Source of the DNA: an uncultured Pelagibacteraceae bacterium
GTDB taxonomy: Bacteria > Pseudomonadota > Alphaproteobacteria > Pelagibacterales > Pelagibacteraceae
NCBI GenBank assembly: GCA_902594595.1
Contig: CACJMP010000004.1
Span: forward strand, 2,130 to 66,129
DNA: 64,000 bases
Direction: 5' to 3'
In this document: one piece after another, positions 22,611 through 31,527 of the stretch
How positions within the stretch are numbered: position 1 is the first letter of the stretch
Layout of the letters: each line of letters starts with the position of its first letter
Translations under genes and position numbers: made by a program
Notes under the pieces: model-generated
What the model was told of the DNA's origin: nothing
What the model saw: the letters and a program-made list of their open reading frames with translations, nothing else
Databases searched by the model: none

Positions 22611-22973
22611 TTATTTTTTATCTAAAGGATGATTTTGACCATCGTTTACTGGAACATCTTTGATATCAAAAGTATTTATTTCATCAATACACCCAACATT
22701 AAATCCTGTCATCGCTGGATTTATTCTTGGGTTGTGATGGGTATAAATTCCACAATCTGAGCAAAAGTAATGTTTGGCAACTTTTGAATGAAATTGATAA
22801 AGTTTTAATTTTTCTTCACCTTTAACAATTTTAAAATCTTCATTTTTTACCATAGACATAATTGCTCCTTTTCTTTTACAAATAGAACAATTGCATTTTA
22901 TTACTTTGGCTAAGTCTCCCTCTAAATTTATTTCAGCTTCTATAGCACCACAATGACACGATAGTTTTTTCAT
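22611..22973 (-). CDS. GFA (glutathione-dependent formaldehyde-activating)/CENP-V family protein
   Basis: CHCG, CNCSICKRKG, HYFCSDCGI zinc ligands; start moved to MKKLSCHCG (TAATG overlap with the cupin). Confidence 0.88.
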   Translation of the reverse strand: MKKLSCHCGAIEAEINLEGDLAKVIKCNCSICKRKGAIMSMVKNEDFKIVKGEEKLKLYQFHSKVAKHYFCSDCGIYTHHNPRINPAMTGFNVGCIDEINTFDIKDVPVNDGQNHPLDKK

Positions 22974-23323
22974 TATTCTCCCCATTTTCCATGAAACTCA
23001 TAAACTACTGCAGGTTTATCACCTACTACCCAACCATCATGACCTGGTTCTATTGAATATGCATCACCAGCCTTATAAGTTAATTCAGTTCCATCATCAT
23101 GTTTTGCGCAAACTGCTCCTGAAACAATTACACCTAGATGTTTTGCTTTACAGCTATCTGTGCCAACTGTTGGCTTAATGTCTTGTGACCATTTCCAACC
23201 TGGTTGTAAAACTAATCTCATAACTCTTTGATCTCCTACTTTCACAATATCTATTTTAGCATTTTTAAAATTCGTGTTACTTTCGTCTGGATTGTCAAAA
23301 GTTTTGACTTCAATTGAACTCAT
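22973..23323 (-). CDS. Cupin domain protein
   Basis: LQPGWKWS...C...HLGVIVSG...GDAYSIEPGHDGWVVGD cupin motifs; AGGAG Shine-Dalgarno. Confidence 0.85.
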   Translation of the reverse strand: MSSIEVKTFDNPDESNTNFKNAKIDIVKVGDQRVMRLVLQPGWKWSQDIKPTVGTDSCKAKHLGVIVSGAVCAKHDDGTELTYKAGDAYSIEPGHDGWVVGDKPAVVYEFHGKWGE

Positions 23324-23376
23324 TATTTTTCTCCTTTTATAATTAAATTAGAATTTAAAACTATCCTTGGTTGAAG

Positions 23377-23385
23377 TTATCCACA
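23377..23385 (+). promoter_or_regulatory. Perfect DnaA box (TTATCCACA)
   Basis: Exact consensus match in the cupin/umuD divergent intergenic region; function not demonstrated. Confidence 0.45.
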
Positions 23386-23460
23386 AGCATACAAAATATA
23401 GTTTTGATGTTCACGTTTTGATTCACTTTTGATTCAATTACGGACTCAAAACACAACCTC

Positions 23461-23507
23461 TTGCGTGCATTGTATAAATGGGCTATAAATTAGAACAAAA
23501 CAAGAAC
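23461..23507 (+). promoter_or_regulatory. umuDC promoter with LexA box
   Basis: TTGCGT-N17-TATAAA, then GAAC-AAAACAA-GAAC (23493-23507, GAAC-N7-GAAC) abutting the ATG at 23508. Confidence 0.85.
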
Positions 23508-23903
23508 ATGAAACTAACTATTCCCTATTATCTACATAAAGCTGGTGCTGGTTTCCCATCACCTGCCACTGATTATATCGAAGAAGATATCGATCTGAAC
23601 ATGCATTTAATCAAAAATGTTCCGGCTACTTTTATTATCAGAGTTCAGGGTAAATCCATGGTCGATGTTGGGATTAATGATGGAGACTTATTGGTTGTCG
23701 ATAAAAGTTTAAAACCAAAAAATTTTTCAACGGTTATTGCAAATGTTCATGATGAGCTTGTAGTTAAAACTTTAGTTCAAGAAAGAGATAAAAAATTTCT
23801 ATCCTCTGGGTCTAAAGATTTTTCTAATAGAATTTTAATTAATGAAGAAGAAGATGTTTTTATTTGGGGGGTTGTTACTTATGTCATCCATTCTACGTAC
23901 TAA
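23508..23903 (+). CDS. umuD: DNA polymerase V subunit UmuD (S24 autopeptidase)
   Basis: AGFPSPA cleavage site, RVQGKSM Ser, VVK Lys, IWGVVT; start moved to MKLTIP after the LexA box. Confidence 0.93.
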   Translation: MKLTIPYYLHKAGAGFPSPATDYIEEDIDLNMHLIKNVPATFIIRVQGKSMVDVGINDGDLLVVDKSLKPKNFSTVIANVHDELVVKTLVQERDKKFLSSGSKDFSNRILINEEEDVFIWGVVTYVIHSTY

Positions 23904-25161
23904 AAAAATAGGCTTAGTTGATTGTAATTCTTTCTATGTTTCATGTGAAAGATTATTTAATCCAAAAATAAGAAGAAAACCTGTGGTTGTTTTATCCAAT
24001 AATGATGGTTGTATCATTTCTAGATCCAATGAAGCAAAAGCGCTGGGGATCAAGATGGGTGAGCCTTACTTTAAAGCAAAAGATATTATTGTAAAAAATA
24101 AAGTTGAAGTTTTTTCATCAAATTACTCTTTGTATGGAGATTTATCTAGAAGGGTAATGAGAACTCTGAAAAGATTTAATACTGAAATAGAAGTGTATTC
24201 AATTGACGAAGCATTCATAGATTTATCTAATTTTCCAGACTCTGAAGTTGAAAAAGTTGGAAGAGAAATTAGAGAGACAGTTTTACAATGGACTGGGATT
24301 CCAACTAGTATTGGTATCGCTAAAACCAAAACTTTAAGTAAAGTTGCAAATCACATTGCAAAGAAAAAACAATCAGGAGTAACAAGCTTAATTGGTATTG
24401 AGAATTTAGATCCTATCTTAGAAAAAGTTGAAATTAATGATGTTTGGGGCGTTGGTAGACAACTTACGAAGTTTTACCAAAAGAATGGAATTTACAATGC
24501 AAAACAACTTAAGAATAAATCTAATACATGGATCAAAAAATGTTCCAATGTTTTAAGTTCAAGAACTGCAATGGAACTTAGAGGAGTTCCATGTATTGAT
24601 TTAGAGACCACACAAACAAAAAGAAAAAGCTGTGTAGTTTCAAGATCATTTGGTAAAAGAATAGAAAGTTTTCAAGAACTAAAAGAAGCAGTTGCTAATT
24701 ATTGTTTAAATGCCTCTGAAAAAATTAGATCAGAGTCTTTAGTTGCAAAAGCAATTACAGTTTTTGTTAGGACTAGCCCATTTCAAAGAAATTATGGTTA
24801 TTATTCAAATGCTAAAACAATTGATTTTCCTATTGCAACAAACAATAGTATTGAAACTGTTAAAACTGCGATTGCGATATTAGAAAATATTTTTAAAAAC
24901 GGCTGTCGTTATCAAAAAGCAGGTGTCATGCTTACAGGATTACGTAATGACGATGGAAGAAAAAATTTATTTTCGTCCAAAAAAGACGAAAAAATAAAAA
25001 GTTTAATGCAATCAATTGATAATACTAATTATAAATATGGTAGATCCACTTTAAGCCTTGCAAGTGCTGGCGTTCACAAAAAATGGAATATGAGAAGACA
25101 ATATTCATCTAAAATAGATACAGCTGATTTTTATTGTTTACCAACAATTAAGGTTAGATAG
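23881..25161 (+). CDS. umuC: Y-family DNA polymerase V catalytic subunit
   Basis: LVDCNSFYVSCE, VVLSNNDGC, SSNYSLYGDLS, YSIDEAF, SRSFG, YQKAGVML, WNMRR; start moved to MSSILRT. Confidence 0.95.
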   Translation: MSSILRTKKIGLVDCNSFYVSCERLFNPKIRRKPVVVLSNNDGCIISRSNEAKALGIKMGEPYFKAKDIIVKNKVEVFSSNYSLYGDLSRRVMRTLKRFNTEIEVYSIDEAFIDLSNFPDSEVEKVGREIRETVLQWTGIPTSIGIAKTKTLSKVANHIAKKKQSGVTSLIGIENLDPILEKVEINDVWGVGRQLTKFYQKNGIYNAKQLKNKSNTWIKKCSNVLSSRTAMELRGVPCIDLETTQTKRKSCVVSRSFGKRIESFQELKEAVANYCLNASEKIRSESLVAKAITVFVRTSPFQRNYGYYSNAKTIDFPIATNNSIETVKTAIAILENIFKNGCRYQKAGVMLTGLRNDDGRKNLFSSKKDEKIKSLMQSIDNTNYKYGRSTLSLASAGVHKKWNMRRQYSSKIDTADFYCLPTIKVR

Positions 25162-25185
25162 TTTGGAATTAAAAGATTTTAAAAA

Positions 25186-27873
25186 TTAACCAGTATTTTT
25201 CATTGCAGCAGAAATTCCAGCTATAGAGGTCAATAAAGCATCATTTAAGAAATCTTTATCTTTTTTATTTTTACACCTCTTAAGCTTTTTAATAACTATT
25301 GGCTGAATAATATTTAAAACCTCCGAGTAAATACTTCTAATAATAATGGATGTCCTAAATTGTCTTCTAGAAGTAATTATTTCTCTCGGTGTAATTTTCT
25401 TATTCAGCTTTTTAATTACATCAAATTGAAACCTTAGTTTTTTTCCAACTCTCTTTAAGCTTGAGTCAGCTAAATACTCCTCATAAATCTTAGATATTTC
25501 AGGATCAGCTTTTGAAATTACCATGTCTAAAATATCAAGCATTGAATTGAAAAATGGCCAATTTCTCTCCATATCAAACAATGTTCTTCTAAATTGACTT
25601 ATGTATGAATATCTTAGAGCCTCAGCACTTCCCAACCATGCTGGGAGCATAAGTCGAATTTGAGTCCATGCAAAAACCCAGGGAATTGCTCTTAAACTTT
25701 TGATATTGTCGTTGTTTTTTCTTTTTGAAGGTCGTGAACCAATAGATAGTTTACCAAGTGCTTTGTGAGGAGTAACTGTTCTAAAATATTTAATAAAATC
25801 AGAATTTTGATTAATATTTTTTCTGTAAGAATTTTTTGATATATCTGACATTTTTTCGATTAATGATCTCCAATTCTTTTTTGGAATTGGGGGAGGATTT
25901 AAAGTAGCCTCAGTAACAGCGCCTATATAGCTACATAGATTATATTTAGCTAAAGGCTCATACCCATATTTTTGCTGAATCACCTCGCCTTGATCTGTGA
26001 TTCTAATTTTTCCATTAACAGAGTTTGGAGGTTGAGATCTTAATGTTGCTTGAATTGGACCACCCCCTCTTCCAGGAGACCCTCCTCTTCCGTGAAAAAA
26101 GGTAACATTAATTTTAAATTTTTTTCCTAAATTAATAATTTGCTCTTGTGCTTTATACTGATGCCAACTTGCACAAATTTTACCAGCATCTTTGCTAGAG
26201 TCAGAGTAACCAATCATTACTTCTTGATCATTTTTTATAATTTTTCTATACCATGATTGTGAAAACAACCTCTCCATAACTTTCTTAGCATTAATTAAGT
26301 CATCTAGAGTTTCGAACAGTGGAACAACTCTTAGCTTATTCTTAATATTTGCTTCCTTTTGCAAAAATAACACTGATAATAAATCAGAGGCAGATGTTGT
26401 CATAGATATTACGTAAGCACCTAAGCATTCACTAGGTTCATTTGCTAAAATTTTAAAAGTCGACCAAACTTCATTATTTTCTTTATTTGTAAATTTAAAA
26501 TTTCTAATTTCATTTTTTTTTGAAAAAATCATTTTTTTTAAAAAAGTTATCTTTTCGTTTTCACTTAATTTTGAATAATCTTTATTAAATCTTTTTTTTG
26601 CAAATTCCTTGATGAGTTGACTATGCCTAGATGACTCTTGTCTAATATCCAATCTAGCTAGATTTATTCCAAAACACTTTGCCCTTCTCATTAAATCTAA
26701 TAATTCGCCACTTGCAATATTTTCATTTTGATTTTGCTCTAAAGATTCTCTTACAACTCTTAATGGTTTTAATATTTCTTCTCGAGAAGATAATAGTTTT
26801 TTATGATTTAATGGTTTTTTATTTACTAAATGTTGTTCGATTGATCTATGAGTTATCCTCATTTTATCTCGTAAAGGTCTTAAAAAAACTCGATATGGTT
26901 CAAATGATTTACCAACTTTTTTTTGGATTTTTTTTGAGCATTTTTCCATGGAATAAGATCTTATAATTTTAGTAAGAGCCTTCTCATATAATTTTGCTGC
27001 TTCCCATCTGGATAATAAAATTACTTGTTTTGTGACGTTTGCAGTAACATTTGGATTACCATCTCGATCTCCACCCATCCATGATCCAAATTCAATTGGG
27101 TTAAAATTTTTAGGTAATCCTTTTTTCATATTCTGGACAAATATTGAATTTAATCTTCTATAAACCTTTGGAATTGTATCCCACAAACTATCCTCAATAA
27201 TTGCAAGACCCCACCTTGCTTCATCAAACGGAGAGGGCTTAAATCTTTTCAAATCGTCTGTGTTCCAAATAATGGTCAATTCATCTAAAAGTTTTTTTTC
27301 TAAAACTTTTAACTTTGATGGAAAATGTTTTAAAAGGTCTCTTTGTTCAAGAATTTGAATTATATTGTGATATTTTTGAATTAGGGTTCTTCTTTTTACC
27401 TCGGTAGGATGTGCTGTTAAAACAATTCCTATTCTTAAATTTTTGGCAGTATTGTAAATTTTTGTTTTTGAAAGTTTTTTGTTTTTGAAAAGATCTTCAA
27501 AAATTTGCTCTATAAATAAATTATTATTTGATATTTTCTTTTTGCTATTTTCATACTCGTCCAGTTTTCTAGAAGCATCAATTTGATCAGCTAAATTAAT
27601 AAAATTCATAAAATGTGTAAATGCTCTGGTTAATTTAAAAGAATTTTTTGGGCTCAAGTTTTTAACCGCATTTATAACTTTTTGATTAGTTTGACGCGAA
27701 TTTGAATTAATTTTATTGGCTTTTGATAACTTCCTTACTTTTTCAACTATTTCAAAAAATTTTTGACCCTCTTGTTCTTTGATTACTTTTCCTAATATAA
27801 ATCCCAGATATTTTACATTTTCTCTAAAAAATTTAGTAGGAATACGCTCGTAGTAAAGATCTCTTTTTTTCAT
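25186..27873 (-). CDS. ppc: Phosphoenolpyruvate carboxylase
   Basis: VLTAHPTE, SWMGGDRDGNP, VPLFET, MIGYSDSSKDAG, FHGRGG..GRGG, LRAIPWVFAWTQ, AAMKNTG. Confidence 0.98.
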   Translation of the reverse strand: MKKRDLYYERIPTKFFRENVKYLGFILGKVIKEQEGQKFFEIVEKVRKLSKANKINSNSRQTNQKVINAVKNLSPKNSFKLTRAFTHFMNFINLADQIDASRKLDEYENSKKKISNNNLFIEQIFEDLFKNKKLSKTKIYNTAKNLRIGIVLTAHPTEVKRRTLIQKYHNIIQILEQRDLLKHFPSKLKVLEKKLLDELTIIWNTDDLKRFKPSPFDEARWGLAIIEDSLWDTIPKVYRRLNSIFVQNMKKGLPKNFNPIEFGSWMGGDRDGNPNVTANVTKQVILLSRWEAAKLYEKALTKIIRSYSMEKCSKKIQKKVGKSFEPYRVFLRPLRDKMRITHRSIEQHLVNKKPLNHKKLLSSREEILKPLRVVRESLEQNQNENIASGELLDLMRRAKCFGINLARLDIRQESSRHSQLIKEFAKKRFNKDYSKLSENEKITFLKKMIFSKKNEIRNFKFTNKENNEVWSTFKILANEPSECLGAYVISMTTSASDLLSVLFLQKEANIKNKLRVVPLFETLDDLINAKKVMERLFSQSWYRKIIKNDQEVMIGYSDSSKDAGKICASWHQYKAQEQIINLGKKFKINVTFFHGRGGSPGRGGGPIQATLRSQPPNSVNGKIRITDQGEVIQQKYGYEPLAKYNLCSYIGAVTEATLNPPPIPKKNWRSLIEKMSDISKNSYRKNINQNSDFIKYFRTVTPHKALGKLSIGSRPSKRKNNDNIKSLRAIPWVFAWTQIRLMLPAWLGSAEALRYSYISQFRRTLFDMERNWPFFNSMLDILDMVISKADPEISKIYEEYLADSSLKRVGKKLRFQFDVIKKLNKKITPREIITSRRQFRTSIIIRSIYSEVLNIIQPIVIKKLKRCKNKKDKDFLNDALLTSIAGISAAMKNTG

Positions 27874-28739
27874 TGAATAATATCTATGTTCTTAATTTGT
27901 TTTAAACATTTTTTGAATTCATCTAAGTTTTCTCTTAATGACAGATTTGAAACTAAATAAACAGCAACTAACAAACATACAATTGGAATCGCGGTTATAA
28001 TTGAAGCATTACTTTTGATCAGTAAAATGTATAAAATAATAAATAATGCTGAACGAATTAAAAAAGTTTTTCTAAAAACACTAATAATTGAAAGAGAATG
28101 TTTGATTAAGTTATGAAAACTCATTTTAGATGGACCAAAATATCTTTTTCCTCTCTCTGAAGGTACCGACTCTAGATTTCCCTCAATCTTTTTTAAAGAT
28201 CCCGAAAAACTGTTCCAAGTAGCTTTTTCATTTATCATCTTCTCAACAATTGATTTAGGTAAACACGTGAAATTACCAAATTTAATTAGTTGACCAGTAA
28301 AAGCAAAAGTAAATAGCTTGTGTAGGAAGTAACAAACTTTAAATTTCAAGTTTTCTGATCTTTTAACTCTTTCCCCAACTATAGGTTTATTATTTAAATT
28401 TTTAATTTTGTTTAAAAAATTTCTAATTTCTTCTGGTCTATCTTCACCGTCACCATCCATAGGTATAATGTAATCAAAATTATTCTTTTCAAATAGATAT
28501 TTTAAACCTGTTGCAATACATCTTGCATGACCTTGGTTTTTACTCATATTCAAAATTTTAATTGATTGAATATTTTTAAAATTTTTTTCTTCAGTAGAAC
28601 GATCATGTTCAGAAGCATCATTAACAATTAAAATAGAAATTTGAAATTCATTGTTAATTTTAAGTTGGTTTATTTCCTCTATTAACTTAAACAAAGACTG
28701 CCAATCATTATATACAGGAATTAAAATTTTTATTTTCAT
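27870..28739 (-). CDS. GT2 polyprenyl-phosphate glycosyltransferase (DPM1/ArnC-like)
   Basis: LIPVYND, VNDAS, NQGHARCI, MDGDGED, RYFGPSKM, two C-terminal TM helices. Confidence 0.85.
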   Translation of the reverse strand: MKIKILIPVYNDWQSLFKLIEEINQLKINNEFQISILIVNDASEHDRSTEEKNFKNIQSIKILNMSKNQGHARCIATGLKYLFEKNNFDYIIPMDGDGEDRPEEIRNFLNKIKNLNNKPIVGERVKRSENLKFKVCYFLHKLFTFAFTGQLIKFGNFTCLPKSIVEKMINEKATWNSFSGSLKKIEGNLESVPSERGKRYFGPSKMSFHNLIKHSLSIISVFRKTFLIRSALFIILYILLIKSNASIITAIPIVCLLVAVYLVSNLSLRENLDEFKKCLKQIKNIDIIQ

Positions 28740-28756
28740 TTAACTAATTTCATATT

Positions 28757-30079
28757 TTAATATCTTCCTAAACAAATTTCCTCTAAACAAATGAATTGCG
28801 AAGACTTGTTTAATTTTTTACCATCGGTCGGCCCTTCCCATTTCGGTCTTGATTTTAAATGATAGGAAAGATTTCCAGCCTTCCACTCATCTCCTGTAAC
28901 AAACTCAATTTCTTTATCAAAGTCTTGATCCCATAAAAATTGAACTTTATTAGCAATATCTTTTCCTGGATAATCGGTCCTCTTGTCAGTTTGAGAAACC
29001 GAAATATAGGAATAAATAATTGGTGATAAGAAAAATAAAAATAAAAAACCATATAAAAAAAATTTCATCTTTTTTAGATCAATTTGAGATCGCAGCATAT
29101 ATACAAATAATACCCCAAAAAATAAATAAAAAGGTGTCATCCACATTGTTCTTATTTTTGATCCTATAACAAAGGAAGTTATTAAGATTAAAAAAATAGG
29201 TAAAATATTTATTGAATATAAAAAAATCAATTTCTTATCTTTAGGGTTTATTCTAAGCTTAATTTTTTTTATCAAAACCCAGATTAGAAAGAAAAATGGA
29301 ATGAGTATGCCAATTTGTTTAATCAAAAAAATGATTGGGTGTTTTATATGATCTGTCAAATTAGTTTCTTCAATACCAGTTCTCTTTAAACCATATGCAA
29401 TTGTTACGAATTCATTGTTATTTAGCCATATGAGATGTGGCACTAGAAGTACAATAAAAACCTCTAAAGTTATTAAATATTTGAAGTCAAACTTTTTTAT
29501 TTTTTTTATGAAAATTACATAAATGAATAACAATTCAATAGATATTAATAAATAAATAAACAAGTATTTGGATAAAAAACCAATAGCTGCAAATAATCCA
29601 ACTAAAAAACAATCTACAAATTCAATTTCTTTCGATTTATAAATTTTCCATGAATAGTAAACGACTAAAGACCAAAAAGGTAATTGACAAATATTTACGT
29701 TAAATTCTGGTGAAGTAAAATTATAAAAATATATTGTTTCCAATAATAATACTGAAATTAAACTTAACTTAATGTCCTCTAAAATTTCACAGGCAAATTT
29801 AAAAACAAAATAAAAAGCAATTAATACAAATACTTGACTAAGCAAATAAAACACCCAGTCTTGGGCGCCAAATATTTGATATAATACTTCTGTAAAAAAA
29901 GCACTCATTGGAGGATGCTTATCAAATCCCCAATCTAAATTACTGCCCCAAGCAAGAGCTTCGATTGTGTCTAAAGGTAAATTTTTGTTTGTTAAGGAAG
30001 GAACTAAAGTCCAAATTATTAAATGTGATAAAGCAAAAATAAAAAAAATATTATTAATATTTCTATTTAAAACATTCAT
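28757..30079 (-). CDS. GT-C (ArnT/RgtA-D-like, GT39/83) membrane glycosyltransferase
   Basis: DTIEALAWG...WGFDKHPP, LSKY, PHLIWL, multi-TM; start moved to MNVLNR because the longer start overlaps the dksA promoter. Confidence 0.8.
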   Translation of the reverse strand: MNVLNRNINNIFFIFALSHLIIWTLVPSLTNKNLPLDTIEALAWGSNLDWGFDKHPPMSAFFTEVLYQIFGAQDWVFYLLSQVFVLIAFYFVFKFACEILEDIKLSLISVLLLETIYFYNFTSPEFNVNICQLPFWSLVVYYSWKIYKSKEIEFVDCFLVGLFAAIGFLSKYLFIYLLISIELLFIYVIFIKKIKKFDFKYLITLEVFIVLLVPHLIWLNNNEFVTIAYGLKRTGIEETNLTDHIKHPIIFLIKQIGILIPFFFLIWVLIKKIKLRINPKDKKLIFLYSINILPIFLILITSFVIGSKIRTMWMTPFYLFFGVLFVYMLRSQIDLKKMKFFLYGFLFLFFLSPIIYSYISVSQTDKRTDYPGKDIANKVQFLWDQDFDKEIEFVTGDEWKAGNLSYHLKSRPKWEGPTDGKKLNKSSQFICLEEICLGRY

Positions 30080-30108
30080 TAACAAATATTTACAATAATT
30101 AAGCTTAC

Positions 30109-30142
30109 TTGACACCCCTAATTTGCTGAATATACTCCCTCG
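30109..30142 (+). promoter_or_regulatory. Consensus sigma70 promoter of dksA with GC-rich discriminator
   Basis: TTGACA(30109)-N16-TATACT(30131)-CCCTCG. Confidence 0.8.
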
Positions 30143-30158
30143 AATTCATAATATAGAA

Positions 30159-30680
30159 ATGCCCAAAACTCTTAAAAGAAAAAAAACAAAAACAATCAAG
30201 CCAAAAATTAATAAAAAAGTTAAAACCAAGGTATCTAGTAAATCAAAAGAAATTAATAAAGGGCCAATCAAAATTTCAAAAACTTATATTCCTAAAGAAA
30301 ATGAAAAATATATGTGCGAAAAACACAAAGTTTTTTTTAGAATTAAGTTACAAGAGTGGAGAAAAGAACTTGTAAGAGCAAATAATGAAGCTTTGTACAA
30401 CGGAAGTATGGATGATAATAGCATTTCTGCGGATATTGTTGATCAAGCAAGCTCTTACACAGATAAAAATGTTGAAATGAAAGCAATTAATAGACAAATC
30501 AAGCTAATTTCTGAAATTGATAAAGCTTTGATGAGAATAAAAGATGACACTTATGGTTTTTGTTTAGACACTGCTGAACCTATCGGATTAAAAAGGCTTA
30601 TGGCAAGGCCAGTAGCGAAATATACTATTTCAGCACAAGAAAAACACGAAAAGAATGAAAAAGTTCACGCAGATGACTAA
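30159..30680 (+). CDS. dksA: RNA polymerase-binding transcription factor DksA (one-Cys type)
   Basis: YM..KH..FFR, coiled-coil tip DIVDQAS (DxxDxA), YGFCLDTAEPIGLKRLMARP; start moved to MPKTL, downstream of the promoter. Confidence 0.93.
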   Translation: MPKTLKRKKTKTIKPKINKKVKTKVSSKSKEINKGPIKISKTYIPKENEKYMCEKHKVFFRIKLQEWRKELVRANNEALYNGSMDDNSISADIVDQASSYTDKNVEMKAINRQIKLISEIDKALMRIKDDTYGFCLDTAEPIGLKRLMARPVAKYTISAQEKHEKNEKVHADD

Positions 30681-30795
30681 AAAAAAGAAAAAAAAAATTC
30701 ATAATCCAATTACTTACAATTTTACCAAAAAGTATATTTACTTTTATTATGCTTTTTTTTGGATACTTCTTTTGCTATTTGTATTTACACGATGA
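30673..30795 (+). CDS. Unannotated 40-aa small membrane protein
   Basis: MTKKKKKKIHNPITYNFTKKYIYFYYAFFWILLLLFVFTR; ATG overlaps the dksA stop (ATGACTAA); basic N-terminus followed by one TM-like helix. Confidence 0.55.
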   Translation: MTKKKKKKIHNPITYNFTKKYIYFYYAFFWILLLLFVFTR

Positions 30796-30890
30796 ATAAA
30801 AATCTTATTTTTATCATTATTATAGTTCTTGCAATAGAATTATCTGGTCACGGTATTATTGTGTCATTAATGAGATTGCTAAATTCCTAG
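30792..30890 (+). CDS. Unannotated 32-aa hydrophobic small protein
   Basis: MNKNLIFIIIIVLAIELSGHGIIVSLMRLLNS; ATGA overlap with the preceding small ORF; ends 10 nt before the convergent GST stop. Confidence 0.55.
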   Translation: MNKNLIFIIIIVLAIELSGHGIIVSLMRLLNS

Positions 30891-30900
30891 GGTTAGACTA

Positions 30901-31527
30901 TTAAGGTTTTGGTGGTAACTCATTTTTATTCATAAATGAAAAACCTTTTATAACAGCATCACGTTCAGAAATTTCATTATACCATCTGGTAAGATTTTTA
31001 AAATTTTTAAGACCAATATCATGCCATTCGTGCCTTGCTATCCAGGGGAATGTCCCAATATCTGCAATTGTATAATTATCACCTGACAAATATTTTGATT
31101 TAGATAGCCTCTCATCTAACTCTTTGTATATTCGTCTAGAAATTTTAAAATACCTTTCCTCACCAAATTTACTTTTTCCAGGATTGTAATGATGGAATTG
31201 ATGGTGCTGGCCTAGCATTGGGCCAACATAACCCATTTGAGCCATAAGCCATTGGTTAATTTTTAATCTTTCTTCAGAATTATAAAATTTTCCACTTAAC
31301 TCAGCTAAATAAATCAATATTGCTCCAGACTCAAAGACAGTTTTTTTATTTTTATGATCTATAATAACCGGAATTTTGCTTAAAGGACTTATCTTTTTAA
31401 ATTCATCATTAAATTGCTCACCATTATTAATGTCAACTTTAATTACTTTGTAATTAAATCCAATTTCCTCTAGCATAATACTAATCTTTTTGCCGTTTGG
31501 TGTATTAGCTGAGTAAAGATCTATCAC
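30901..31527 (-). CDS. Glutathione S-transferase (YfcG/YghU-like)
   Basis: TPNGKK, SKIPVI, FESGAILIYLAE, QMGYVGPMLGQ, YTIADI. Confidence 0.92.
   Translation of the reverse strand: MIDLYSANTPNGKKISIMLEEIGFNYKVIKVDINNGEQFNDEFKKISPLSKIPVIIDHKNKKTVFESGAILIYLAELSGKFYNSEERLKINQWLMAQMGYVGPMLGQHHQFHHYNPGKSKFGEERYFKISRRIYKELDERLSKSKYLSGDNYTIADIGTFPWIARHEWHDIGLKNFKNLTRWYNEISERDAVIKGFSFMNKNELPPKP

Noticed and set aside
22973-23323. Cupin as a DMSP lyase (DddK/DddQ/DddW)
   Set aside because: The motif pattern (PGWKWS...PGHDGWVVGD) belongs to a different, widespread cupin group; no support without a search
23340-23460. Possible replication origin (DnaA box, GANTC sites, AT-rich)
   Set aside because: Only one perfect DnaA box in a short region, and no typical origin-flanking genes (hemE, dnaA, parAB) nearby; kept only as a regulatory observation
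23508-25161. umuDC as a marker of a prophage, ICE or plasmid
   Set aside because: No integrase, att repeats, tRNA or phage genes nearby; flanked by housekeeping genes and carries a host-type LexA box
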